DNA of 64,000 bases from Chrysomallon squamiferum (Eukaryota > Animalia > Mollusca), in NCBI GenBank assembly GCA_012295275.1, contig CM022674.1:8742001-8806000 (forward strand), read 5' to 3'. The translations under genes and the position numbers were made by a program. Every line of letters begins with the position of its first letter. Position 1 is the stretch's first letter. Below the pieces are notes generated by a model, which worked only from the letters and a program-made list of their open reading frames with translations, was not told the origin of the DNA and made no database searches. Positions 1-26,386 of this stretch are shown here, one piece after another.

Positions 1-124
1 CAGTAATGGTATCTTAAGTAATCATTATAGAAGTATTTAAGTAAAACATTATTTATTAATGTAATCCTGTTAAAGTACAAACGGTCACTAGACACAAAGT
101 GATAGAAATGATTTTCATATTTAC

Positions 125-3100
125 CTTTGTTGAGAATCAGGTTGTACAGCATTAATCTCCTCTATCAGAGACTGCATTTGACTGTCATGTTCTGAGTTAC
201 TTGTTAATTGACCAAGTCTGAAACAGTTTTAAAGACAAAAAACATATTTAATATGAAACATGTTTACTTTCCAAATAAACAGTGTATTTTTTCACTTCAA
301 CCTTCATTAAAAAAATGTAAAAACCTTTCAAAAGCAATATAATGATAAAAGTAACAAAAACAACAACAAAGAAATAAAAATCTTAAAATGTATAGAATGT
401 TAGTTTTTCAGTTATTTTCAAAAATAAATATTTCTACACTTATATGACTATAATCTTGCAACAATAAAATTGGGAAAGTAAATAAATAAATAAATAGATA
501 AATAAATAAATAAAGTTATAAACATTTTAATAAATTTAAATTTTCAGACAATTACAAATAATTATAAAGCAAATTAAAAACTAACTTGGGTGCCAGTCTC
601 TCAGTAACAGAAGAAATAGTATCAACAAAGGAAGATAACTGTGATGCTATCAGTTTTAGATGCTGTGTTTCCTGTTGTAAGCGGTGTACATCATGAACTT
701 GGGCTGCAGAATGAAATATTTCACAAAAGATTTATAAATAATAAACTAAACATGAATTAAAAAATGTAAAAACTTTCAGTAATTAATGATCTCTATAAAT
801 AATAAATTAATCTAGAATGAAGTAATGTTATATATCAGAACCACTGGATGAATTAAAAGAAATCTTTTTATACAACAGTGAAAATGATCAAATTTATCAA
901 TATAATTAAAGTTCATGACTAGAATACAATAAATATGTTTTTTCTCAAAAAATAGAAACGTTCTTTAAAAGTTTCATTCATTTTTCAAAATAACAGGAAA
1001 ATAATCATAAAAAAAGGAAATGTTTTTCAGTTTTTACTGTACCTTGATAAAGTTCCTGTTCATTTGCCATTCTCTGCACTGCTTCTTCCCAATTCTGTAA
1101 TCAAACAAAACATTGTATTCACACCTCAATGTAATAACAATAAACAAAAAATCTAATGTTTCTTTTCGTAACAAATTAATGGCAGACCTGCTGTCGGCTA
1201 ATCTTTCAACATTAAGAATAGGGTGATACTGAGCCACCTGTCATAATATGAAATAATAATAATTAAATTACTTTGTTAATTAAAACCCAAATGAAAGTCC
1301 GCTTTCTTTCATAACTTGTTTAGAACAACAGTATCAAAAATTAGACAACTCAATAAATCTTTGCAAGAATGAAATTTTTTTTTCAAAGAAAAATATCTTA
1401 TGGATTTAACCAAAACTCTAAATATTCTAATCCATTTTAGATCACTGAATCATTATTATATTACACTGGAAAAAAAAAAATCATTTTTTTTATTTTATAA
1501 AACCTACCTTTTCTAATGCTGGTTGTTTTTGCTCAATAGTGTCTTGATGTATTTCCAGCTGTCGTTCCATTGTAGAAATTGAATCTTTAAGATCAGGAAT
1601 GGCTGACTTCCGAGCTAAACAACGTCGTAAGGTTAAATCTCTCTGAAGTTCCTGAACATCTGATTTCAATTTTTCTAATTTCTGAAGCATCTCCTATAAT
1701 AATTATAAAAGTAAAAAAATATATGTATTTATTAATATAAAAACTTAGTTTAAAAATAAGGAAATTTACTCAACAAAATTATGTAATTAATAATAATAAA
1801 TTTAAAATAAACTACTTACCCTGTGTGATGTTTCAAACTCCACACAGTGTTCAGCAAATACTCCTTTAGCATCAATAAATTTAATTTTGGCTACATTTCC
1901 ACTAGCACGACGTGTATTGTTAGGACTCATCTTAAAACCTGTGTTGCCCGATTTAGAGAGGTCCAGTCGACTGAAAACAATTTTAAAAATAATTTTACAT
2001 TAGTGTATGTAAAAATTGTTTTCTTACAACCAACAGTTATTAACTTTTTGCAAAATATAGATAAATGGTATAATTTGATTTACTTATCTTGAACTTAATT
2101 TGATCTCTACCAGTGTTATTGAGCAAACAAGAAAACAAATATCTGACAATATATTTTTCAAACCTTATTGAAGGAGGTGGAGTAATGGCATTCCTCTGTA
2201 GAGATGAATTTGCATTCATAGAAGCACCTAATCTTCCATGAAACAGAAGATTATCCAGACATCTGAAAAACAAAAATAATTATAATATGAAGCTCCTAAA
2301 GTAAATGCTTAACAAATACAAAGGCAGACAGCAAAATATCACCATAGTTACAAATATCCAGCTTAAAATGATTTAGTTGAACCATGTTAATGCATAAATA
2401 GTGAATGAATCTAAGCAGTGACACATCTTGTGTGTTGATCACTTACTTTGCAAACTGCCCCTTGAAGTCTGTGTTAATCTGACTGCTGTGACAAGGATGT
2501 AGTGGGTGCTGATGATGTACAATTGACTTTAATCTTTCCATCATTGCCTAAATAAAATAAATCAGTGATTAAGTTAATGTTTAACAATTTTTCTTTCAAC
2601 ATAAATCTGCAGGACTATCAATTAAAAGAACTTTTATATACATATCTAAGACACAAAAACATGAATATAAAAAACATTTATTAAACAAATTGCAAAATTT
2701 GTGAAATGGGAAATAATGGATTATAAAGGAGCAACAATATGTAAGCAATTTAAAAGAAGAAAAAGAATGAAAGACATAAAAAGTTTTAGAAACATTTATG
2801 AGATCTTGATCTTTATCACTTTCCATACAGTATAAATCACTGAAAAATCTTACATATGACATATCAAGAAATTCAAACTTGTTTGCAGAACTGGAGAATG
2901 CTGCTGCAGTAACAAGATGGACGTGAATTGTTGGTAACAGAGACATCAGATCAGTGAGCTGGTCTTTAAACAGTGATTCCTTTGCCTTGTACTGACTGAA
3001 TTCAAAGTAATAATAGACAAAGATGACATATTATGATCAGCAAACAACATTTGAAGTTACAGTAAACATTTTTGGAAATTATTTTCAAAGATAAATTAGG

Positions 3101-4658
3101 AAAAGAATTTACAGTGGTTGTAAATTAATCATCTCTCTCTATTCAAGTCCACTTATTCTGTATTTACAGATAGTGCTTTTCAACATCTTTAGCACTTTTT
3201 TGTACGTGTCTATTTGTTTATCCACTGCATTCGTTAAATATATTAAGTCAGGATCCCTTTATCTTTTTTACCTTATCACTTTGTAAATAATGTTATGACA
3301 ATGTCATTTTAAACTGAAACTCACTTGTCAACTTCCTCAAGCAAATTTTGTCTGCACTGAGTTATCTTCTCTTGCATAGAATCATAAAGCTGAACTATGG
3401 CTTCTCTTTCTTTCTCCGAGTTCACATGTATTTCATCAAGCAGTGCCTTCAACAACAAAATACCCTCTCGAGTAGAGTTCTGCAGGTCACGAATTGTCTG
3501 TTAAAAAAAAAATAGTAGCAAATAAAAAACAAATAGAAAATAATTGTTAACAAATGGCACTACCAAATGTTACTTATGTAAAATGTAAATCTATAACAAT
3601 AAAATACATTATAAAACTTTTAGCCAGAAAGCATATTATTTATTGAAATTAAAGACACTAATACAAAAGTAATAGATCCAGTTGATCTGATTAGATCTCA
3701 CCTAAAAGTAATTAAACAGTAATTAAACAGTTCTTCATATAATTAGATATAAAAATTAGAAAACCAGCTATGGTTATAATAAAAAAAAATCTGAAGTGCC
3801 ATCAAGCAGATTATAGCGCTTTGTACATTACACCTGCACACTTTGTTCTAGTTTTCTGCAGCTCTGATTATAGGCTGTCTCAAGATCTACACAATGTGCC
3901 CGACTTTCACTGAAAGAAAAAATATAAACAGAATGATTATTTAAAATTATACATATATTATTACCTGTTAATGTAACTGATTTAGGGAGATAAAAACTGT
4001 GAAATATTAATTAAATATATTTTGATTAATGGCAGAATATGGAATCCTGAATACTTACATTCTCATGTCTCGAAAGCAATTAATGCAAAGCATTATCTTC
4101 TTTTCTGATGAAAACATTATGTATGGTTCACCATGAAGAGCTAAAAAAAATAATAATAATAAATAAATAATAATAATAATAATACTATAACAAAAAGGAA
4201 TTATATTAACTAGAATAAATGTTAATCAATAATTCAAAATATTATTTTAAAAATCATACATAGAAAAAAATAGGCTTTATTTTTTTTATTGGGTTATTAT
4301 AATAATTTATTTATTGGCTATTTTCTTTTAATGTGTGTGTCATAATTTTTTTTTTTTTTACCTTTTTTTGTTGTTGTTGTTCAACCAGTTGTTTTAATTT
4401 TGTTTATTTTATTTTTTTTTTTTTTTTTTTTTTTTTTAAATACTCTTTCAGACTTACAGCACTGTTTGTGAATATCTTTAGTTCTTTTAGACAGCAAAAC
4501 CACATCATGAGCTGCAAACATTTTGGCACTGTGTGTTTCATCTCGACAAGCTAAACAAAGTGGTTGGGAGCATGTGTTACAGAAAAACATGTGTCCATGA
4601 TCCTGCTATGCAAAATAAAAAAGTACATTAAGTGTTAGGAAATGCATGCATATATATG

Positions 4659-4741
<83 letters not shown>

Positions 4742-5476
4742 AACAAATAAAAAAAAGTGAAAGCATATATTTACAGAATGATATTTAGACTATTTGTTGA
4801 TTTGAAACCTGGTTTACTTTAAAATATTATGTTAAAACTGATTTACATACATTAAATTAGTCGAACTGTTCAGTTTTTGTAACTTTTCATAACTCACAGT
4901 ATCACAGTTGGCACACTGAGCTCTCTCATCCAGAGATGACTCTACCATGAACTTCAGTAATTTATCACTAGGTGGCAGATTGTTACCTTCCTTCAACACA
5001 GTGGTGGAACTTCAAAAATAAAAAAATTTAACTATAAGTCTTTATTAAATAAAAATATATATATATATATATCAAGTGAATGATATTTGCTGTTGGTTTT
5101 TTTCAAATAATCTTTACATTTTTGTACAATCTGTGCATGTAAGCATGTGTGTATGGGTGTGTGTGTGTATTCAATTATTTTACTTTAAAGCAAATATCCT
5201 GTTTGGTTTTTTTGGCAAATTAACAAGACAGTTACAAAGGTGAAAGTCTGAATGATTTAACCCAATTCAAACAGTTTAACTCTACCTGCACAAAGGACAA
5301 GACATTTTGCCTTCTAATGCTCTTCCTCGCAAGCATCTTGCACAATAACTATGAAAACATCCTAAAATACATGGGTCTTCATACTGCTCATTGCACAAGT
5401 AACACAGCAGAGGATTTCTTTTTGACAGGTCCAAATCTTCAAGGTTTTCCATTGGCTGAAAGATTTCACCTGACAT
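125..5476 (-). CDS. RNF207: RING finger protein 207 (RING + B-box + coiled coil), 3' part lies beyond the window start
   Basis: ATG at 5476 gives MSGEIFQPMENL...NPLLCYLCNEQYEDPCILGCFHSYCARCLRGRALEGKMSCPLCR, matching the RNF207 N-terminus. B-box FFCNTCSQPLCLACRDETHSAKMFAAHDVV follows. Frame-consistent GT-AG exons: 5476-5286, 5009-4898, 4605-4458, 4140-4059, 3909-3834, 3497-3325, 2995-2854, 2547-2447, 2262-2164, 1970-1820, 1693-1508, 1237-1043, 703-586, 217-125. Confidence 0.9.
4660..4739. repeat. (GA)n microsatellite in RNF207 intron
   Basis: Uninterrupted gaga run read directly. Confidence 0.95.
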
Positions 5477-6099
5477 TTTTGGTATGACCACCACAAAATT
5501 TGATTTGCTATAAGCAAAACAGTTTAGACTGAGCTGATACTATACTGGGAAATCCTCATTGTTGTCAAGTTTTGCTTACAAAATGTAACAGACTCCTAAA
5601 AAATAAAAATTACCAAAAATTATTCATTTTTTAATATTAATATATGAAGAAATATTTATCATCAAGTTAGTATAATTGTGAAGATCAAATTATCTCCATT
5701 TTGAACTTATAAATGTGACAAATTATTAGGTAAAAAGAAAGAAATTTCTTAATTTTAATCTACTGGCCAAACACAATTCATGGCAGAAAACTTTGAAATG
5801 TGGACGATGAGCTGAAGTGGAAATCAGGGCGCTAAGGGGCATACTTGAAGTTGACACACTCACTCACCTAATAATACTAACATTTAAACCATCACAATGA
5901 AAAACAAGTTTTATTAGTGATTGTAAAACTTAACCATGTGTGCCTTTTCAAAATAATTAGTGGCTTTACTGTAGAAAATTACCTATTACTAGAAACAAAG
6001 GATGAATTTTAACTTTACCTAAAGTTCTTCTAAAGTTCTCTATTAAACCACTCATTTCCTTTTGTGGATTTGCAGCGCGAACTACATCACAGAAACAGT

Positions 6100-6622
6100 G
6101 TAGGGAATTACAGGTGATGATCATAACTGTACGCCATGAAATAATACTCATTCACTATAAAGCAATTTTTCAGTTACAGAGCAATATATTTTTTGTTTCC
6201 TCTTTAAAACAGTATCATATAATAATTAAATAAGATAATTATTTTCTCCTGAACATTTAAAACGATCATTTAGTATAAGTTATACTATAACGATCTTTCA
6301 TTTGCGAGACATTTTTCAGATCCCTCCAAATGACAAAGATTATTACTAATTTTTTTGATTGTTGTTGTTCTCTAATTATTTTAACTATAAAAAATTCCAA
6401 CAAATATGGTGAGAAGGGAGGGAAGTGTTTTGAGTTTTAAGAATATTCCTAAAATACGATCTATCATTCAATGTATCATGCGTCCTACACACCGGTCAGT
6501 TGGGTTTTGAGCCAATCGTATAGAGGTTTGCAAAAGCGGAATCGGTGAGACGTGTACCGGAAGTCATTTTAGCTTCCACGCAAACTTGAGAAAATTGAAT
6601 TTTAGATTAAATATTTTCTCCG
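6100..6622. promoter_or_regulatory. Putative bidirectional promoter between RNF207 and COPA
   Basis: Divergent start codons (5476 minus, 6623 plus) about 1.1 kb apart; local CpG enrichment; CCAAT at 6512-6516; ETS/GABP-type CCGGAAGT at 6557-6564. Confidence 0.55.
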
Positions 6623-20536
<13,914 letters not shown>

Positions 20537-22886
20537 AGAGAATGAGATATATTCTTTACAGTATATGGGATGATTTTGCACAGTTTTGGACCAATGTGTC
20601 AAACAAAACAATTACTGTTTGTTTTCTTACTGAATTTGACATTATTCAGTAGGATCTGGATGTGGGAGATTTTATTTGTGTTTAATGAAAACTTTATTAA
20701 ATTCACAAAATGTTACATTATACACAATACTATTATTACTTTGGGTCAGACAAATATATATAATATAATGTTGTAAATGCATTCGTTTGTAGTGCAGACA
20801 TCTTTTTTTTTTTTTTTTTTTTTTTTTTTTCTTGAATGAAAATAAGCTTAAGTAAATTAAATATTTTTGTAGTTATTTCCCTTTAATGTACATTTATCAG
20901 TTAAAACTAATTTGGATGGTATGGCTTAGATGTTTCAAGATATTGTAATACTGATAATATTGATCTCTTACAAGGAAAAACCTGAAATTGTTCCTGTAAT
21001 AGAAATAATTTATTCCTAGTATAAGAAACACGTGATACATTAAAATGGGAAATAAAAAGATTCTTGAAATAAATGGTTTTGTTGCTTTTTTATGTTAGGT
21101 ACATTTGTAAATACATTCAAATATTATTTTACTAATAATTGCTGCTTCATTAGAAAAACAGTACAAATCTGCACAAACTGAATGTGCACCTAATAGAATA
21201 AAATGATAACTTGGAAGTTTAAAGAATGTATAGTAAATTCTGACAAAGACTTTTCATGTATTCATTTATTTAATTAGTGTATACTTAAAAATAACAGTCT
21301 ATTAAATAATGAAATTATATGATTATGATTAACAGTACTTAAAAATCTGAATAAGTATTTTGAAGGATAACATTCATTTATTAATTTATTGTTTATTTTA
21401 TTTTGAGTTAGTCTTAAACTTGTTCTTTTCTTTTTCTACAAGGTTTGTTAATTAACTGAAGATTACCTTTACACCATAATCCATATTTACCTTGCATGTA
21501 AATACATGATTAGATAATTGACTATAAACATCAGTCAGAAATCTCCAGAGTTAGTGCAAGCTTCCACAATTCAAGAGTTTCAAAAATGAGAACAATGTGT
21601 TTTATTTATATTTATCATTAAATTAAATTGACACTAATCACCAAACATTAATATGATCCAACAATTAAATATTCAAAAGGAATGGGGGGAAAATGTGAAT
21701 TATTAAACTCATTAATGTTAAGTTTTTGCTATCATTTGTAAAAGATACAATTCCATGTCTTGACACAAGTGGTGCATTTACACAGACAGCAGGTGAAGAC
21801 TAGTGCCTCGAATATAGGGTCTCTGACCAAGTGTATAATATTATACATGCAGTCATAATGCACTGTCATCTCTAAACAATCCTTCTGTAATTTTAATTGT
21901 ACTCAATTTCAAAATAATACTTTAAAAAAACACTGGAACATTTTTTTTTTACAACATTTATTCCTTGTCCTAGTCACTTAAAATTTTGATGCTTTCTTTT
22001 CATCATCAACATAGAGATGGGCAGTTCCAAAATCATTTTTGTAGCCTTAGTCAAAAGCACTGAAATATTTGTCAGATACATTTGCTGTTATCTGTTATCA
22101 CTTACTCCATCAGGGCAAGGCAATGACAAAAGTGCTTCCGGTCCTGAAGCTTTAGATGAACTCACTTCAGGAAATGTGTTTGAGATAAAATCCTTTATTC
22201 TAGGTGTTCTTGAGTCCAACATAAGAAGAAAAGCTACAATGATGTTTAACGTGTTTTCGTTTCTTGCTAATCTGACATCGTTTAAACAAGAAATACAGCT
22301 GCATTTTGAGCAGTTGATGGAGGCATACAGAGATGGTGACTTAAAAAGTAGTGATAAATGTCTTACTTGTACTTGAGTCAAACCAATGGGCCAATAGAGA
22401 AGTATTTTCTGTCTCTCACATAGCTTTATCAAATTATACACAAGGAAAATTTGTTATGTTTTCCTTAATATGTATGCAGTCATGTGACTATTTCCTAGCT
22501 TAAGGGTGACGAAATACTCCAGAGAGTCTTTCTCAAGAATCATAATTAAAAATGTATAAGCCACGATAGCTTGGATCTTTTTATTTTTATTATTAATTTA
22601 TTTTATTTTTATTTTTTTATTATTATTATCGTTATTATTATTTTATTATTATTATTTATTTTTTTTTGTATGTGTGTGTGATTTTTTTTTTTTTTTTTCA
22701 GTCACTCTTGTAATTAGCAAAAACATGTTATGTCATTTAGAAGAGGAATTGTAAACTGCTGAATTTTAAACATTCGTCGTTATTTCGATTCACTGAAGGG
22801 ATCTCCAAAATGGAATAAACTAAGTCCACATCAGCTGCAATTTAAATAATGCATAACGACAAGGTATCTAATATAAAAAAATACGA

Positions 22887-23625
22887 TTGATATCAGATCA
22901 ACACAATAATATCATTGCGAGATTGCAAGCAAGAGCAGCTGGACAAGCTGAGGCGAGGCACTGTGACATGTATGCTTTATGGCCACAACAACGTGTTAAT
23001 GAAAGTCAAAGATCAGATAGTCCCAGAGTAGACACCGACGTTCGGGTGAATCATCTCCGAAATCGAAATCCCTAGATTACACAAAGTTTCTAACCCGACA
23101 GCTCGTAATTGGAATAAAGACGTAAGAATTGTCCATAGATACGTGACGTTTTGACTCGACCGTCATTTAGCGGAGTAGTGGGCGACACTGACACCTGCCA
23201 GATGGATCGCTTTTTTCTCTCAGTCAAAGGAGTCCTATTTTCTACTGTCGCGTGCCGATGGACGATCATATGTCTATCTTCGCCGAGGGGATCGTTATGC
23301 TCGAAACTAGATGGTAGAAGCTGACGGTTTTGATGGTGACAGTGTGATGATGTTGTCATGATATAGGGCGTTTCTTGTTCACTGAAGGGCATCAGATATC
23401 GAGAAGAGACCCTGCAGCATCACGTCGTTCCACATATGAATTTAGCTGGTGGAACACTTGAGAATGACAATGACAGAACACGTTAATTTCTACAGCACCA
23501 CAAAATACAGCCTTTACCTTGGCCTGCTCGTTCGCCGCATCTAGGGGTTGCAGTGGATCAGCGTTGCAGTGGAAGAACCGATCAAATCTGGCAATTCCAC
23601 AACTTCTTATGGCACTGCAGTTGCG
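22887..23625 (+). mobile_element. Tc1/mariner (Tc1-type DDE) transposase remnant, frameshifted pseudogene
   Basis: Piecewise translation gives the HTH region ISDQHNNIIARLQA...VRVNHLRNR; ESYFLLSRADGRSYVYLRRGDRYARN*MVEADGFDGDSVMM (cf. FSDESRF...DGR..V.RR..ERY...FGGGSVMMWG); LKGIRYREETLQHHVVPHMN...ENDNDR (cf. QHDNARPH); FLQHHKIQPLPWPARSPHL (cf. WPARSPDLNPIE); and PQLLMALQ. Multiple stops and indels. Confidence 0.85.
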
Positions 23626-23739
23626 AGCAATGTTTAGTTGTTTCCATGTGGTGGTTATAACTAACACTTTATTCATTTCTTTGTTACATACATCCCTGCC
23701 CATGTTTCAAGTAGATTACCACAGATACTGTTTCGTACA

Positions 23740-24000
23740 GAATAGTCCAGTTTCCATGCATCATATGTGGAATGTGTGATGCCGCAGTGTCTCTTCGCGA
23801 TATCCGATGCCCTTCAGTGGACCTGACATATGCACTAGAAACGTTTTACATCATGACACTGTCACCACCAAAACTGTTGCTTATAGCGTGTCCACCAAAT
23901 AACAACTGTGTCAAACTCTTCAGTTTGTTGACACTTTTGGGAGACACCAGAGGTAGGTATTATTTTCTCAGTGAATGGATCTATCTGTCATGGTAAAATG
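23740..24000 (-). mobile_element. Second, inverted Tc1 transposase fragment (same family as 22887-23625)
   Basis: The minus strand reads SNSFGGDSVMM* then FLVHMSGPLKGIGYREETLRHH. Bases 23762-23822 are the reverse complement of 23377-23438 at about 55/62 by eye. Confidence 0.8.
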
Positions 24001-24888
24001 AGATTACTTTTCTCTGTGTAGAGATCAGGAATATATTTCCGTTTCGTGGAAGGTCACACTCCATTTTGTTCACAGTTTCCATGTTTATCTTTTGTTCCTT
24101 CTGGTTAAAAAAAATCCATTCGTCAGTTCACTGTAATCAATACTGTTTGCTTTAAAAGAGATCTGGTACTGGATCGTCTTTCTACTCTTCTGACGTGCAA
24201 TATCACTGATATTAATTATATTTCCATTGGTTCCTCCTCGATATCTACCTCCATAGGAACTATCTCATCAAATTTCTCCACCTCATAATCCATAGCTTCT
24301 TCTGTTCTGAGTCTGGGATTAACAAATTTGGTTAAAACTGAATTTATACTAATTGGATAATTTTAAAAATAAAATGAATATATGCTTTATAAAAATCACT
24401 AACTACTATATATTTTTTAAATTATTATTAGTATTATTATGATTATTAATTAATTAATTTATTTATTTATTTTGATAATTATTATTATTTTTATAAATTC
24501 ATGTTAATTTATTATTATTATATTTGATCGACAATAGAAAAAAGAATATTTATTTTACATTTTTTATTGTGCATATCATTCTAACCATTGCTAGAGAATG
24601 AACATTGTATCTTCTACATGTGAAATAATAATTAAAATATATCGTTTTATCTAGCTGACAAATATTTGGATTGCTACAAACCACTTTTAATATAGTTTTT
24701 TGCCAAAAATAATTTATTTCATCAGTATATTTTTCGACATGAGTAAATTTTGTCGATTTAAATTACTTCTGTTTTTCTTTCCATATCAAAAATTTATTAT
24801 TTACTAAAAACAGTATCAGAACTGCTACATCTATCTTTAAATCGCGGCTTTTTTTTACTTAATGGTTTAAGTATAATATATCCCACAA

Positions 24889-24893
24889 ACACG

Positions 24894-24934
<41 letters not shown>

Positions 24935-24955
24935 ACAGAGAGGCACACACACACA
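24889..24955. repeat. (CG)n(CA)n compound microsatellite
   Basis: acacgcgcgcgcgcacacacac... read directly. Confidence 0.9.
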
Positions 24956-25139
24956 AAAGGTGCGCGTGTTAAAACAAATTCTAGTTAATAGTATTTAATC
25001 ATAGGTTACGTGTAATAGTGTACAAATAAACAGAAATTAAACTTACTTTGGTAAAGACATTATTTCTGGAATGTCTAACTAATACAGAAATTGTGTAAGG
25101 ACAATAGAAAATTTCGGAGCCTTTTAAACGAAGACTACA

Positions 25140-25250
25140 CGTTCGTTTCTATGGGAACAATGACGTCAAGCAATAGAATTATGCAATATGAATCCGGAGT
25201 TGGCCGAAGTCGGCAAAAATGGTCCTGTTTGCTATGAATTCAGTCGAAGA
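25140..25250. promoter_or_regulatory. CpG-rich putative promoter with a palindromic CRE (TGACGTCA)
   Basis: TGACGTCA at 25161-25168 and CCGGA at ~25194. A consensus minus-strand donor (GTAAGT) lies at ~25046-25041, and the PhyH-like gene lies on the other side. Confidence 0.4.
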
Positions 25251-25474
25251 ATTTTGGTTACTCCATTTTTATTGGCTACTTTAAATTTCTTATTTCTTGA
25301 TTTTCATATTTTAAGCAATTCATTTAACTTTTATATAACGTATCTGATATATTGAAATTTTGGAAATTTTTCTATGTAGAAGAACTGAAATAAAACCCAT
25401 TTCACTTGGTGGATTTATAAATAAATAATAATTTTAAAATATCTTCAAAGCCTCAAATATAAAAATGTGATTGT

Positions 25475-25515
<41 letters not shown>

Positions 25516-26202
25516 TCGTCGTCGCTGTTATTTTACTTGATAAATATACATTAACACTTCCTCTACTTCTACTAGTGTTCGCTTCTGTATTAACTGAATT
25601 AAGAACAAAATCTTAAATTCTACGTGTCTAACTTACATAACATGTTTCGTCAGGATATCATCCAGAGAAAGTTTATGCCATTGAGGTTGCAACCAAGATA
25701 TTACAGCTTATTAGGTGATAAATAACTATTTATTTATTCATTTATTTAATTACTTATATACATGTGTGTGTGTTTGTGTGTGTGTGTGTGGGGGGGTGTA
25801 ATTATTGTTGTTGTTATTATTATTAGCGTTATGATGTAAGGGAAACAACTCTAAGGCGATATTTCGATATCTAGTGACATCGTTACGTACGCGTCATATC
25901 AGCCAAACCAGAACTGTTTATGTGGAGTAGTGTAACGCGGTGCTTGATAACGTTTTATGTATAAATACTACACAGGTCATTGTAAAATTATATTGATATG
26001 CTGCTGTGATCACAAAACTTATCATAGTGACTTGTTCGTAAGTATTTACATTTTATTTTATTTTTCAACAGAATATTATTTGAAGAAAATCAAACAGAAC
26101 AGAATGTTTAATGACATTTTATTTCATAAATTAAATATTATAATAACACAATATTGCTATTACTTTTAATAATTTGATTAGATTTCATGGGATTAAATAT
26201 AT

Positions 26203-26283
26203 ACACATACACACATACATACATACATACGTACGTACATACATACATACATACATACATACACACAATACATATATATATAT
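26203..26283. repeat. (TACA)n/(CA)n/(TA)n microsatellite
   Basis: Read directly; lies in the putative 5'-UTR intron (donor GTAAGT at 26038, acceptor CAG ending at 26379) of the dioxygenase gene. Confidence 0.9.
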
Positions 26284-26386
26284 TGTTTGCCCATGTTGGC
26301 CGATGTATGTATGCGGGTGTGTTTGTATTTGCATGTAAAATATATACTACATAATATCAAAATGTTTTCTGTTCACAGATTTTACA

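Noticed and set aside
21430-22441. Overlapping 119 aa (+) and 117 aa (-) ORFs; the minus frame has SKASGPE...CPDGVS, faintly like LINE RT KAxGPDG, and the plus frame faintly resembles a zinc-binding dehydrogenase tail
   Set aside because: Similarity is too weak and contradictory to call by eye; it needs BLASTX/RepeatMasker. Probably an old TE remnant.
23090-23996. ORF-track peptides 23090-23392(-), 23392-23703(-) and 23772-23996(+)
   Set aside because: Antisense or off-frame readings of the Tc1 remnants.
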